Shown here: piece by piece, positions 27,015-39,432 of the stretch
Numbering within the stretch: position 1 is the first letter of the stretch
Layout of the letters: each line of letters starts with the position of its first letter
From: Octopus vulgaris
Lineage: Eukaryota
NCBI GenBank assembly: GCA_951406725.2
Contig: OX597814.1
Span: forward strand, 95,356,001 to 95,420,000
Length of the DNA stretch: 64,000 bases
Direction of reading: 5' to 3'
Program-made: the position numbers and the translations under genes
The notes under the pieces: generated by a model
Told to the model about the DNA's origin: nothing
Databases searched by the model: none
The model's input: only the letters and a program-made list of their open reading frames with translations

Positions 27015-27410
27015 GACTGTGAGGTAATTGAGATAAGAAGTTTGATTCCCAATCACATGGTTCCAGGTTCAGTTCTACTGCATAGTACCTTAGGCAAGTG
27101 CCTTCTGCTATAGCCTCAGGACAACCAAAGTTTTGTGAGTGGATTCCATAGATGAAAACTGAAAGAAGCCTATCAAATATTTATCTGTTTGTGTCTTTGT
27201 GTCTGTCTCCCAGCACACCATAAGAACCGTGTTGGTGCATTTATGTCCCTGTAACTTAGCAGTACAGCAAAGGAATCTGATAGAATAAGTATTAGGCTTA
27301 TAAAAAGAGAAATCTAAGGTTAACTCATTTGACTAAAATTCTTCAAGGCAGTACTCCAGCATGACAGCAATCAAATGACTGGATCAAGTAAAAAATAAAA
27401 GATAAAAGAA
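27010..27410 (+). mobile_element. SINE family A
   Basis: cacatggttccaggttcag...ccttaggcaagtg...gaaactgaaagaagcc...aaatgactg. Confidence 0.85.
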
Positions 27411-27463
27411 TATATATGATATATATACATAAAATATACAAAAATATGCATATACATATATAT

Positions 27464-27529
<66 letters not shown>

Positions 27530-27564
27530 GTAAATGTAATATGTGACAATTATTCAGTAACCAT

Positions 27565-27625
27565 GATAAAACTCCCAGTTTCGGATGCCGAGATAGAAAT
27601 CCATGCCGCCATCTCTTCAGTTATC
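27565..27625 (-). ncRNA. Minimal type I hammerhead motif
   Basis: gataa-CTGAAGA-gatggcg...cggcatc-c-GAAA-CTGGGAG-TT-ttatc; perfect 5-bp stem I, GUU triplet, one extra C before GAAA. Confidence 0.65.
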
Positions 27626-28499
27626 CAGCCATCGGAAAAATGGTATGAAAATGACCATTATACAAAGAGAAATTACTGTGTGTGTGATTGACCGTTATTA
27701 AGACAAATGTGCTATTTGAATGACTACTAAGTGAGGGGAGGGAGTAAAAGTAAGGGGGTAAAAAAAGTTCATAGTATTCGCATAAGCGTGCATGTTCATA
27801 TATGTTCATATATATATATATACATATACATATATATGCACATACATATAGATATAGATGTGTGTGTGTGTATACATATATATAGTTCAAATATACAGAA
27901 ACCAAGTGATGTAGACAGGTGAGGGAAAAAACAAGCAGGTGTATGAGTTTGAAGGTGTGGAAGAATGGAAAAGTCTTTAACATCTTGGGCCTACACTCTT
28001 CGACAGAAAGGGGATGAGGAAAAAATGGAGAGAGAAAAAAATATATAGAAATTAACGGTTTAACATGATATATATATATATATATATATCGTACATAAGT
28101 ACACACTCACACAAACATTAAATGACCACAAAATTTATGTTCAGATGAAGGAGAACACACACACACACAGAGGCAGTATCTATGTATGTGGTTGATCCAC
28201 TTCTAAAAAGTTGCAACTTTACCTCTCTACAGTCACAACCTACCCTCTTAAGAGAAAAGGAAAGGATACATAAGCAAATGTAGTCATTAGATACATTATA
28301 TCAGAACAAAAATGATGGGATGGTCAACGTTGGAAAAACCTTTGATCATAAATATATTTCAACAAGGATGATCTAAGGGTTAAAAAAAAAACAATCACAC
28401 ACACTTCATTTACACATATATTCAAATGACATTAACATTACCATTATTACCATATACAATGCAAGTCTAGCCATGTTGTTAAAAACTTTGCAATGAAAT

Positions 28500-29190
28500 C
28501 ATGTGGGTCCATGTTCAATTCCATGGCAAGGCACTTTGGCCAAGTGTCTTCTACTATTACTGCAGGTTGAGCAATGCCTTGTAAATAAATCTGATAGGCA
28601 TGAGCATAGCTGTGTGTTTAAACAACTTGCATCCCAACCATACAGCTTTGGATTCAATTCAACTGTGTGGCACTTTGAGTATGTGTTTTCTAATACAGCC
28701 CCAGGACAACCAAAGCCTTGCAAGTGAATTTCTTTGGTGAATGGAAAAATGAAAGAAGCTCATTACATATACAGGCATGACTGTTTGGTAGAAGCATGCT
28801 TCTGACCACATGGTTCCAGATTTGCATCCACTGCATGGCACCATGGGCAAGTGTCTTCTACTTTAGCTTCAGGCCAACCAAAGCTTTGTGAGTGGATTTA
28901 GTATACGGAAACTGAAAGAAGCCCATCATATATATATGTGTGTATGTGTCTTTGTGTCTGTGTTTGTTCCCCACCACTGCTTGACAGCCAGTGTTGGTAT
29001 GTTTACATCCCCATAACTTAGTGGTTCATCAAAAAGAGTCTGATAGAATAAGTATCAGGCTTTAAAAAACATAAATACTGAGGTCAATTCATTCAACTAA
29101 AAAAAAACAGAAAAATTCAAGGCAGTGCCCCAGTATGGCTACAGTCTAAAGATTGAAACAAGTAAAAGATAAAAATAAAAGATAAAAGAT
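28500..29190 (+). mobile_element. Three tandem family A SINE heads, the last full length
   Basis: ggcactttggccaagtgtcttctacta-type head repeated near 28530, 28670 and 28840. Confidence 0.75.
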
Positions 29191-29215
29191 ATACACACAC
29201 ACATACACACACACA

Positions 29216-29261
<46 letters not shown>

Positions 29262-29530
29262 CAAACACACATAATACACACACAAAAGCAATAACAAGAC
29301 AAAATCAAATACAAAAGTACAGGGTGGCTATTTACAGTTAGTATTATTAGGTTGATGCTCAAAGAAGGAGAAAATTTATAAAATCAGTCATGGAGTCAAA
29401 ATATAAAGATTCAAACATAGTCCTTCAGTGGTTGCACAGAGAAAAGTCCAAGAGACAGGAAGAAAAGGGATATGAAAAGAGAAGAGAGGCAAGAAAAAAA
29501 TGCATGTCAGTAACTCTCATGTCTCACGCT

Positions 29531-29584
<54 letters not shown>

Positions 29585-29585
29585 C

Positions 29586-29621
<36 letters not shown>

Positions 29622-29837
29622 GGATTAATTCGTTATGAGAATTTATCAAGTAGTCAGTGTGAAAACCTTCTAAGGGAAAAATTTATAATTATTCCCATTA
29701 AATATATCTATTTATATTAAGGGCATTACTACACATAAATGCCTCACACTATTAGTCAAAACTACCATAATAAATACACAGTGTACTGAATGCGAGGGAA
29801 TGCAACTTTCAAAGCTAACCCCTTAAAAACAGATTCA

Positions 29838-29900
29838 GCCGCATATCATATGATTTCATAGTTAGTGTACATAATCCACTTTCTAATCCTCAGTGCAGGC
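29838..29900 (-). ncRNA. Minimal type I hammerhead-like motif inside an inverted-repeat element
   Basis: gcctgca-CTGAGGA-ttag..agtg/cact..ctat-GAAA-TCATATGA-TA-tgcggc; palindromic stem III; flanked by inverted repeats 29793-29819 / 30028-30055. Confidence 0.6.
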
Positions 29901-30083
29901 ATAATCAAGATACATAAAAAATAAACAAATCAACATACCAGACGAACACCAAAAGTATCCAACATAGTATATAGAGATGTTCACTCTTATCCATCTAAGT
30001 GGCTGGCTTTTCAAATTGCATCACAGTGTTGGCTTCAAAAGTTGCATTCCCTCGAATATATAAAGATAGATAAGGCCAGTCTA

Positions 30084-30146
30084 TGGGATTACCCTGGGTT
30101 TCACATCTATAAAGAGCTTAGCTTTACAACATATCATCAGAACCCA
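30084..30146 (-). ncRNA. Minimal type I hammerhead motif
   Basis: tgggtt-CTGATGA-t-atgttgtaaag...ctttatagatgt-GAAA-CCCAGGG-TA-atccca; GUA triplet. Confidence 0.65.
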
Positions 30147-31267
30147 AAATCTGTAGCTCTCTCTCTATATATATACATGTATGTTTAAATATATATGTAT
30201 AAGTGTGTGTATGGATGCATGTGTGTGTGTGTAAGAGAGAGAGAGAGAGAAAGAAAGAAAGTGAAGGTGTGTGTTGTCATGTATGTATTTTTTGCATGTA
30301 TAAGTTGCACTTGCTCACTCTCTCTCTTTCTGTCTCTCTCTCACACACATACACATTATCTTTCATGTACACGTACATAAATACATATGCATACATCTTT
30401 TTTGTATGTATGTGTGTATGTCCATATGTGAGAGAGAGTGACTGCATTTCCTCATAACATATAGAGAACTGGATATCTTTTAATGAAATTTTTTTGGTTG
30501 TGACTTATTTTAATAAATATTTACATGTACATTTACATAAATGTTTGAGTAGAATTCTACATATGCATGAAACATTGGACGAAAGTGAAACACTAGAAGT
30601 AAATTGAAATATTGTCCGAAAATGACCTCAAAATTGTGCAATCTGACCTTGTTTCTGAGGTTATTTTAGTAGCAAAAAAAGAGTTGTGCCTTTATATATA
30701 TAGAGATAGATGAAAAGCAGCTTTCTTTATTATAGTACAGACATGACTAATTCATAGAAATATTACTTCCATTATTCACACACTGTCACTCTCGTAATGC
30801 AACACTTTCTAATGAAACCTGGTTGTTGTAAAGCAGTGTCTCTCAAATAACTATAGCTGGTTGTTGAGATAATGTAGAAAATATGTAAATGAAAACAAAG
30901 TTAATTTGATAGCCGAAAGATTACTGAATCTTTTAATATCACATATGTCAAAACTGGCAACTCAGTTTTCAAATATATAAGGAACACATGTGTGCATGCA
31001 CACACACAAACTCTTTTTTATATTTATATATATATACAGACATTCACACACACACAATATATATATACACATCTATATGCAAAGTTTTCTCCCTCAAATT
31101 CATCACCCTCACTTTCAATTTCATTACCTTCAGTCTTGATTATGTTGTTTATTTAGATTTCTTCATTTATTTTGATTTCTCCATTTTTCACTAGGAAAAT
31201 TTTATATATTGTCACAGTAGGGTAGAAGAAATTGGTCTTTTCTTTTTGTTGTTTTTTTTATCAACAG

Positions 31268-31291
31268 ACACGTACAGGCGTGGTACGTTGG
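31268..31291 (+). other. Candidate 24-nt microexon
   Basis: Long polypyrimidine tract tcttttctttttgttgtttttttta + tcaacAG, exon acacgtacaggcgtggtacgttgg, donor GTGAGT; frame-preserving length. Confidence 0.3.
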
Positions 31292-31457
31292 GTGAGTGTA
31301 TTTTACTATAGACACTCACCCAACGTACCCAACATACTATAGATTTTCTCTCTCCTATCTTTTCTCTTTTCAAAAAAAATGTTTCTCCCAGCATTCACTA
31401 TTTTCCTCTCATCCTGGTCTAGCGACCCTCTATGTTTGTTTGTGTTTGGTTTCCTTG

Positions 31458-31490
<33 letters not shown>

Positions 31491-31524
31491 ATATATATAT
31501 GTATGTATATGTACAGATATTTTC

Positions 31525-31954
31525 TTTTATTATTTTATTCTTTTACTTGTTTCAGTCATTTGACTGTTGCCACACTGGAGCACTGCCTTAAAGGGTTTAG
31601 TTGAACAAATCAACCCCAGGACTTATTCATTTAAGCCTACTACTTATTCTATTGGTCTTTTTGCTGAACCGCTAAGTTACAGAGATGTAACACACAAACA
31701 CTGGTTGTCAAGTAATGATAGTGGGGGGGGGGGACAAACACAGACACAAAGACACACACACATAGATATATACACATATATATACATGTACAACAGACTT
31801 GTTCCAGTTTCCATCTACCAAATCCACTCACAAAGCTTTTGTCAGACCAAGGCTATAGCCGAAGACACTTGCCCAAGGTGCCAAACAGTGGGACTGAACC
31901 TGGAACCATGTGGTTGGGAAGCAAGTTTCTTACTACACAGTCACACCTGTGCCT
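31525..31954 (-). mobile_element. SINE family A
   Basis: Collinear with the other family A copies. Confidence 0.9.
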
Positions 31955-32493
31955 AGAGATATGTATACGTAACTTGTAACTCTGTTTCAAATCTTTTTAA
32001 TGTTTACATTCTTTTACAATTCTGTGACAAGTAATCACTGAAGTAATGTTTGTAAAATAAATTCACTCTAGTGACAACATTCAAGTCAAAGATCATGAAA
32101 TTGAGATTGATGACAATGTAATCAAGACTGAAGACAAGAAACTGAGACTGACAATGAGGAATTTGAGGCTGACATAGATGAGATAGAGGTTCATTACAAC
32201 AAATTTGAAGGGAAAGCAGTGTGTGTGTGAATGAATGTCTGTATGTATATCTATATGCATCTGTCTCTATCTCTCTCTATATATATATATAAATATATAT
32301 AAATAGATGAGTGTATTTTTACCTTGTTAACAATTAACACGGAAAAATAAATAAATAGTTACCAGGGCAGCAAAAATCTCATAAATAAAGGTGTTGTAAC
32401 TCCTTGTTTATAAAGGTAGAAACTTCATGCTTACATTGAATATTTTGAATAATATGAATAAAAAAATGGAGTTAACGCAGGTGTAATCAAATA

Positions 32494-32590
32494 TTTTTAC
32501 TTTCGACACATGTTTCGAAAATTCCACTGATACTATTCAAAAGAATAAATGGTATAAACAATGCAATCTTCTCCTCAGGAAAGTGAAAAA
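32494..32590 (-). ncRNA. Minimal type I hammerhead ribozyme with canonical core
   Basis: actttc-CTGAGGA-Gaagatt(g)cattg...cagtg(g)aattttC-GAAA-CATGTG-TC-gaaagt: perfect 6-bp stem I, G10.1-C11.1 pair, GUC triplet, predicted cut between 32505 and 32504. Confidence 0.8.
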
Positions 32591-32946
32591 AACGAAACTC
32601 GTCAATAAGACATTTTAGCAAAAAATGATGGATTTGTATAGCGATAGACAGAACGCTATTAATATTGTTTAAAAAAAATGTTACATGATATAACGTCATA
32701 AGTAGCTAACAGAAAGAGTAGGGATATTAATAGTGAATGTTAAATATAAAGGAAATTAAAGTTTAAATTATATATAATGATAGAGACTACTTATATGCAC
32801 TAAATGTATGTTTTTGCCAATGCTTACATCTGTATGCTCGCTCTATAACCATGTTTACTAGAGTATTTTTAGAAAAAATAGTGAAAAATAGCTCAGAATT
32901 GCAGAGAAGACAGAATTTCTTGCCTTTGTCATATGGTATCGAAATT

Positions 32947-32980
<34 letters not shown>

Positions 32981-33189
32981 ATATATATATATATGATCGA
33001 TATTTAAATATCGATCTTATCAAGTGGCCAGCATGGGAATAAAAAACCTTTCAAAGGTAATAATTATTTAAAATTATAATTTAGGGTATCTAAGAGATAC
33101 CACCATGCTGAAAATAGCAGTCAAAACTTGACTCTAAAACCACATTAAATGTTCATATAGCACCAGGAGAGAAATTTATATATATGTGT

Positions 33190-33693
33190 ATGACCCCCTT
33201 CGGTCATTAATGACCATGGGATTGCATCTAGAAAGTTACCCTCTGAGGCACAAGTCTGGGCAAGGTTGTTTATGGAAGACCAGCAGTCGCCCATGCATAC
33301 CAGCCTCCCCTCTCCATGCCACCAATGTTATCCAAGGGAAAGGCAAAGTTTGATACAGCTTGGCACCAGTGACGTCGTAGCTCATTTATTAACGTGCAAG
33401 TGGCTGAGCACTCCATAGACACATGTACCCTTAACGTAGTTCTCGGGGAGATTCAGCGTGACACAGAGTGTGACAAGGCTGGCCCTTTGAAATACAGATA
33501 CAACGAAACAGGAAGAAAGAGTGAGAGAAAGTTGTGGTGAAAGAGTACAGCAAGGTTCACCACCACCTCCTGCCGGAGCCTCGTGTAGCTTTAGATGTTT
33601 TTACTCAATAAACACAATGCCTGGTCTGGGAATCGAAACCACGATCCTACGACTGTGAGTCTGCTGCCCTAACCACTGGGCCATTGCGCCTCC
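33190..33693 (-). mobile_element. Modular tRNA-derived SINE (family B-related)
   Basis: Head ggaggcgcaatggcccagtggttagggcagc...ggtttcgattccc; middle module shared with 59190-59300; tail shared with 15835-16035. Confidence 0.85.
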
Positions 33694-33763
33694 ACACACA
33701 CACACACACATATATATATACATATACTTTTCTCGTTGTATTGCATGTTCCATTTCTTTTTGC

Positions 33764-33794
<31 letters not shown>

Positions 33795-35159
33795 TTTGCA
33801 TATATATATATACACACACAAACACATGTATATACTCGATACACACACACATACACACACACACAAATAAATATATTCATAAATGTATATATACACAGAT
33901 TTCTAGAACTGTTTCATAAAAGCACATGCATTTGTTGATAAATCCTACAAAAAATCAAATAATAAGTGAAGTTTGAAGTTTGTAGCTGCAAAAAACAAAA
34001 TAATATACAATTTACAAAAGACCAGATCTTTTATATGGCTAATAATCAGCAAATATGTGCAAAATGCTGGTTGTTGGTAAAGAACAATTTAGAATATAAG
34101 GAAGAGAATTATTCTTCAACTAAAAAAAAAAAATGATGAGCCATCCTCACATGATGGTGGTGACAGAGACACAAATGATGAAATATCTAAGCTGTAAATT
34201 TTAAAGTAGAATTATATTGATCATTTTCCACAGTAAAGTTTGGCTATCAAAGCAAGTCTTAAATGAAAACATTTTTTACTTGGAACATATGTTGAGTTTT
34301 CCAAAAAGAAACCAGAAAAGTGTGGTGAACCCATAAAATAAATTTTATCAACTGAAAATATTAACTGCTGATTTCTCTGAATTTTCTCCACAGCATTATA
34401 AAAGACTTGTGTTATTTAGAGTGACAGTGATATTTCAGAAAATGCTAATGAGTTAAGTGGACAACAATGCTGGTTTCAAATTTTGGCACAAGGCCAGCAA
34501 TTCTGAAGAGGGGCTAAGTCAATTACATCAACCCCAGTGCTCAACTGGTTCTTATTTTATCGACCCCGAAGAGATGACCTCAACAGAATTTGAACTCAGA
34601 ATGCAGATAGACGAAATGTCACTAAGCATTTTGCCCTGTATGCTAACAGTTCTTGCCAGCTCACCAGCTTCATCTAAAATAAATATTAAGAGTTAAAATT
34701 GGAGAAAAGTGTTATATTTGAGTGTAAAAAATAATTCTTTCTATGATAGGGACAAGGCCTAAAATCTTTGCACAACAGCAAACTTGTGAAAACGAAGATA
34801 GCAAATGCAGTTACTCTGTAATATCTAATACAACTAATATAATACAGGAACCATGGTAGATTTAGTGTTTGTATTTAATGTATTTTACAGGTTTTAAATA
34901 ATATCTAATACAACTAATATATACAACTGTAATATCTAATACAACTTCATCACCATCATAAGCATAGTGAATACATCCAATGGCAATTATTTCTGTTAAC
35001 ACACTGAGGAGAGGGTGGAGCATTTATGCATTCTATTATTTGAAAGTGATTTATTCAATTTAAAAGTTACAATTTCAAACATGAAAGTAATATTACTGTT
35101 GTGTGTAAGTAAAGAGAAATGAAGAGAAATGAATTTTTCTATATACAGTATTATAGACA

Positions 35160-35535
35160 CAGGGATGGCTGCATGGTTAAGATGCTCACTTTGCAAACAT
35201 GTAGTTTCTGGTTCAGTCCCACTATGTGGCACCTTAAGAAAGAGTCTTCTACTTTAGCTCCAGGCTGATCAATGCCCTATACCTTACGAAGGAATTTGGC
35301 AGACATAAATGGTGTGGAAGCCCATAGTGTGAAAGCCCATGGTGTGTGTGTATGTGTGACCCTGTTCCACACGTTGACAGCCAGTGTTGGTTTGTCTATG
35401 GCCCTGTAACTTAGCAGTTCAGCAAAAAAGACTAATATCCTAAAATAAAATAAGTACCAGCCAGACTAAACCCTTCAAGGCAGTACTCCAACATGGCCAC
35501 AATCCAATGATTGAAACAAGAAAAAATAAAAGATA
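35160..35535 (+). mobile_element. SINE family A (old)
   Basis: ggttcagtcccactatgtggcacctt...gtaacttagcagttc...gaaacaag. Confidence 0.8.
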
Positions 35536-35569
35536 CATCCTTATAATAAAAGTACAGATAAGAATAATA

Positions 35570-36081
35570 CCGTAAATCCTCGAGTATAATCTGCCCTTGA
35601 GTATAATAAGCAGGGGATTTTTAGGGGACTGTACCTCGGAAAAACCTAAACCTTGTGTATAATACGCACCCCTTCTCTAATTTAAGTCAAGGAGGTCAAT
35701 ATAACGTCCTTGGTTTGTAATAATGCATACGGTAACGTCCTTTATTATTATTGTATATATAACATAATGCAAACGTGTAGCTTTTTTGTGCATTTTGTTT
35801 GCAGAAAATAAAGAAATAACAGTAATAACGATTAATAAATGTTGCTTACTGCAAGTTATGGATGATTCTTTTATGACTTCATTGCTTTCAGGCTTAGCTT
35901 AAGGTATTTTCAGACCCGACATCACAAAATGCATCTAAATAAACATTGCCAGACAGCAAATAGAGACTCGGACATTGCTTAGAAAATAATTTTCATTTTT
36001 AACCTCATATATAGTACGCACTATGGATTTTGACTGTTAAATTTTGGGAAAAAAATGCAGATTATACTTGAGGATTTACGG
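35570..36081. mobile_element. Tc1/mariner-superfamily (pogo/Tc2-like) MITE, 512 bp
   Basis: TIRs ccgtaaatcctcgagtataatc / gattatacttgaggatttacgg; TA at 35568-69 and 36082-83. Confidence 0.9.
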
Positions 36082-36554
36082 TAGATGCATTGTTTAAAGT
36101 GCAAAAATTAAAGTCATAGAATATACCAAAAAAAAAAATTGTGAAGCTTATTTAGGTGTTGTTACAGCAACAACAGATGTGGAGAAAGAACAAAGCCTGG
36201 TTGGTTTTATGCAAAAGCTACTAAGCAAAAGCAGGAACCATGGTAGATTTAGTGTTTGTATTTAATGTATTTTACAGGTTTTAAAATTTGCAGCCTATCT
36301 TATATTGGTCCCTTAAAAAATATGGCTGTATTCAGGATTCACATTATATATAGGATAAAATATAGGAGAAAGAGTGTTGATGTGAGTAGGACAATCAATA
36401 GTGGTGGGAGGTGCAATATGATGTGTGTTAACATGTGTGTATGCATGCCCACCAATTTTTCTTTTTCCACATTAAATTCCAACATAATTGTAATCTACTA
36501 GGTAATATCTAGTTATGTTTAATAAAAAATAACTTATTTACCCAAGTTTTAACA

Positions 36555-36855
36555 TCATCAGCAGCATCATCGTTTAATGTCTGCTTTCCATGCTAGCATG
36601 GGTTAGACAATTTGACTGAGGACTGGCAAACCAGATGGCTGCACCAGGCTCCAATCTTGATCTGGCAGAGTTTCTTCAGTTGGATGCCTTTTCTAATGCC
36701 AACCAATCTGAGAGTGTAGTGGGTGCTTTTACGTGCCACTGGCATGGGGGCCAGTCAGGCAGTATTGGCAATGACCTCGCTCGATGTTTTTTCACATGCC
36801 ACCAGCACAAGTGCCAGTAAGGCAACGCTGGTAACGATCACACTCGAATGGTGCC
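36555..36855 (-). mobile_element. RTE LINE 3' UTR fragment
   Basis: Reverse match to 51195-51535 with (CAT)n tail. Confidence 0.85.
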
Positions 36856-37633
36856 TTTCCTCTAAAATAGTCACCTTGCACAGTCCCAACGTTTCTGCCA
36901 CTTTTGGAATCCAGCCTGGAAGTTGTTCTCCATAAGCAAGTCAAAGACCTGCAATTCAACCTGGATATCAACAACAGCATTAAAACAGCGACCTTTGAGC
37001 TATATTTTCATGTTGGGGAGGAGATGGAAGTCTGCAGGTGCTAAATCTGGCGAACAGGATGGTGGGGCGGTGAAGATGTGATACCATGTTGTTTTTGGCA
37101 AGAAATTCATGAGTAAGGAGAGCTCAACAAGAGAGTGCATTGTCATCATGAAGAATCCAATTTTTAGTGCTCCACAGATACAGTTGCTTTCACCAAACGC
37201 CCTCCTTCAAACATTTCAAAATGTAGCAGTAGAACTCTCAATTGATAGTCTGGCCCTGGGGGATGAATTTTCAATACTAAGTACCACATTTCCAGGAGTG
37301 ACACTCGTGGCAGGTCTTCCAGATTAATCATCATCTTCCAGGGATGTTCTTCCACTTTTGAAGCACCCATGCCACTCTAAACAATTCATATGATCCATTG
37401 TCTCAGCACTGTAAGCTTGCTGAAGCAAGCTTACTATCTCCGTAGCAGACTTCCCAAAATTTCACATTGACTCTTTGTTTCGGTCCCTGACTAAATTGCA
37501 GACTACGGCAATGTCACTTGGCACACTACCTCATGAAGGTCACTGCTAGGCTCTCACTGTGCATGCAACCATATACTGCCATCTGTTAGTACACTACAGG
37601 ACTAGTCTGAGAACTTTTTGATACCACCTCATA
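36856..37633 (-). mobile_element. Degraded mariner transposon
   Basis: Minus strand gives GKSATE..LQQAY..WHGCFKSGRTSLEDD, WILHDDNA, SPDLAPADF and FQKWQKRWD..QGDYF; TIR-like tatgaggtggtatcaaaaagttc at 37633-37611. Confidence 0.85.
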
Positions 37634-37879
37634 CAATATCTGAAAGGTATTTGTAGAAAATTTCATTTAAAATTACCTATTTTTCTGAAAGTTATGAAGA
37701 AACAAAATTGACTTGTGTGAATTATACAAAACTACTCTCCCCATCTTCAAAAGATTTTTCACAACAAATGCTGATATAATCAGAATCTATACCATCTGAA
37801 AGGTATTTGTAAAAAATTTCATTAAGAAATATCCATCTTTCAGAACATTATGGGGAAACAAAGTTGGTATTGGGCACAG

Positions 37880-38780
37880 CACAAGATGGACAATGACAGC
37901 CTGGTATTCAGGGTTTGAAAGAGTCAATATGAAACCTCATACAACCAAAGCTCATAAACCCCAAAACCTCCAGATGGTTCCCCAGGAGCTGTGTTGCAAC
38001 AGTAACAAAGACACCAACAACAACTCCTGGAGTTTGTCATCCCTCTCCATCAACTAAGAGGCTTTCGCCCACTACTGTAAACTTGCAAAGCTACCAGTAG
38101 AGAGGTGGCAAAGATACCTTTTGTCTGTTCTCTCACATTTAAAATGTCAGCAATACTTATGGCTCTTTTTTTAAAGCATTGCTATCAAATTCGCAGAATC
38201 TTTCTACTCATCACTTGTTAACCAATATGGTTAACAGCATTCTTGCAGAAAAAAAAAATTTTGCATGTTTGTTGCCTATTTTACCTCCAACTGCATACAC
38301 ATTTTAGAAAAATCCTCCAAAATTCTCCTTCTCTTCTGGTCTCTTTAACACAACAAGATGAAAAATTCTAGACAGCGTCCCTTCTAAATTCTCAAACAGT
38401 ATGTCCCAGGCCCTCACTCTTATCTTCACCAAACTGAATGTTAATGTGGAAACTCTGGGAGCAAAATGATGGAATGGAAAAATTCAGTAAAACACCAGAC
38501 CTTTGTAGTGTAGTTGATGAACAAGTGAGCATTATGAATCTTTTTTTTTAAAAAAAGCCATTTAACTGACTGGCAAGACTTAATGGAGCAGCATGCTACC
38601 ACCAGTATCTCACTAACATGTTCTCCTTCCACTTCATCTACACTTACTCTACAGGTCACAATTGGAGTGCTTTTAATCAAAGGCCTGCTTAACCAAACCT
38701 GAATTGGGGATAAACAACAACTATATCTCCTTCCTCATACTTTACAATAAGCCTTTTACCTGAACTTTCATTCCAAGAAC
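37880..38780 (+). pseudogene. Possible highly degraded L2/CR1-group LINE remnant
   Basis: Only weak peptide resemblance across many stops; complex non-microsatellite sequence. Confidence 0.3.
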
Positions 38781-38839
38781 TATGATGCTAAAGAGATCTT
38801 TGCTCACATATTTTCTACAGAGTATTTTCATTATGCGTG

Positions 38840-38891
<52 letters not shown>

Positions 38892-39200
38892 CTTGCATGC
38901 GTGTGTCATAACTTCTCTTTTTTTCTATGCAAGGTCTACTTGTTTTCGCTTTCAGGCATATTGATGTGACTGAGAAATCATTTCAATAACTGCTGCTCCA
39001 TCTGATATCGACAGCCAATTACCATTAGCTGGATGATGAAGGCCTCTCATTTTCCTGCATTAGGAAACTGATGATGGGGAGGGGAACTGAATTTGAAATC
39101 AGAAAGCAAAGCACTGGAATGGATAAATAACATAAAGCATCTCTTCTGACACTGCAACAACTGAACCAATCCACCAATTTGAACTGTTAATTAATGTATT

Positions 39201-39432
39201 TCTTTCTTTATTACCCACAAGGGGCTAAACATAGAGGGGACAAACAAGGACAGACAAACGGATTAAGTCGATTATATAGACCCCAGTGCGTAACTGGTAC
39301 TTAATTTATCGACCCCGAAAGGATGAAAAACAAAGTGACCTCAGCGGAATTTGAACTCAGAACGTAACGGCAGACGAAATACGGCTACGCATTTCGCCCG
39401 GCGTGCTAACGTTTCTGCTAGCTCGCCGCCTA
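39201..39432 (-). mobile_element. SINE family C, young copy with 14-bp TSD
   Basis: ttaattaatgtatt at 39187-39200 and 39434-39447. Confidence 0.93.
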
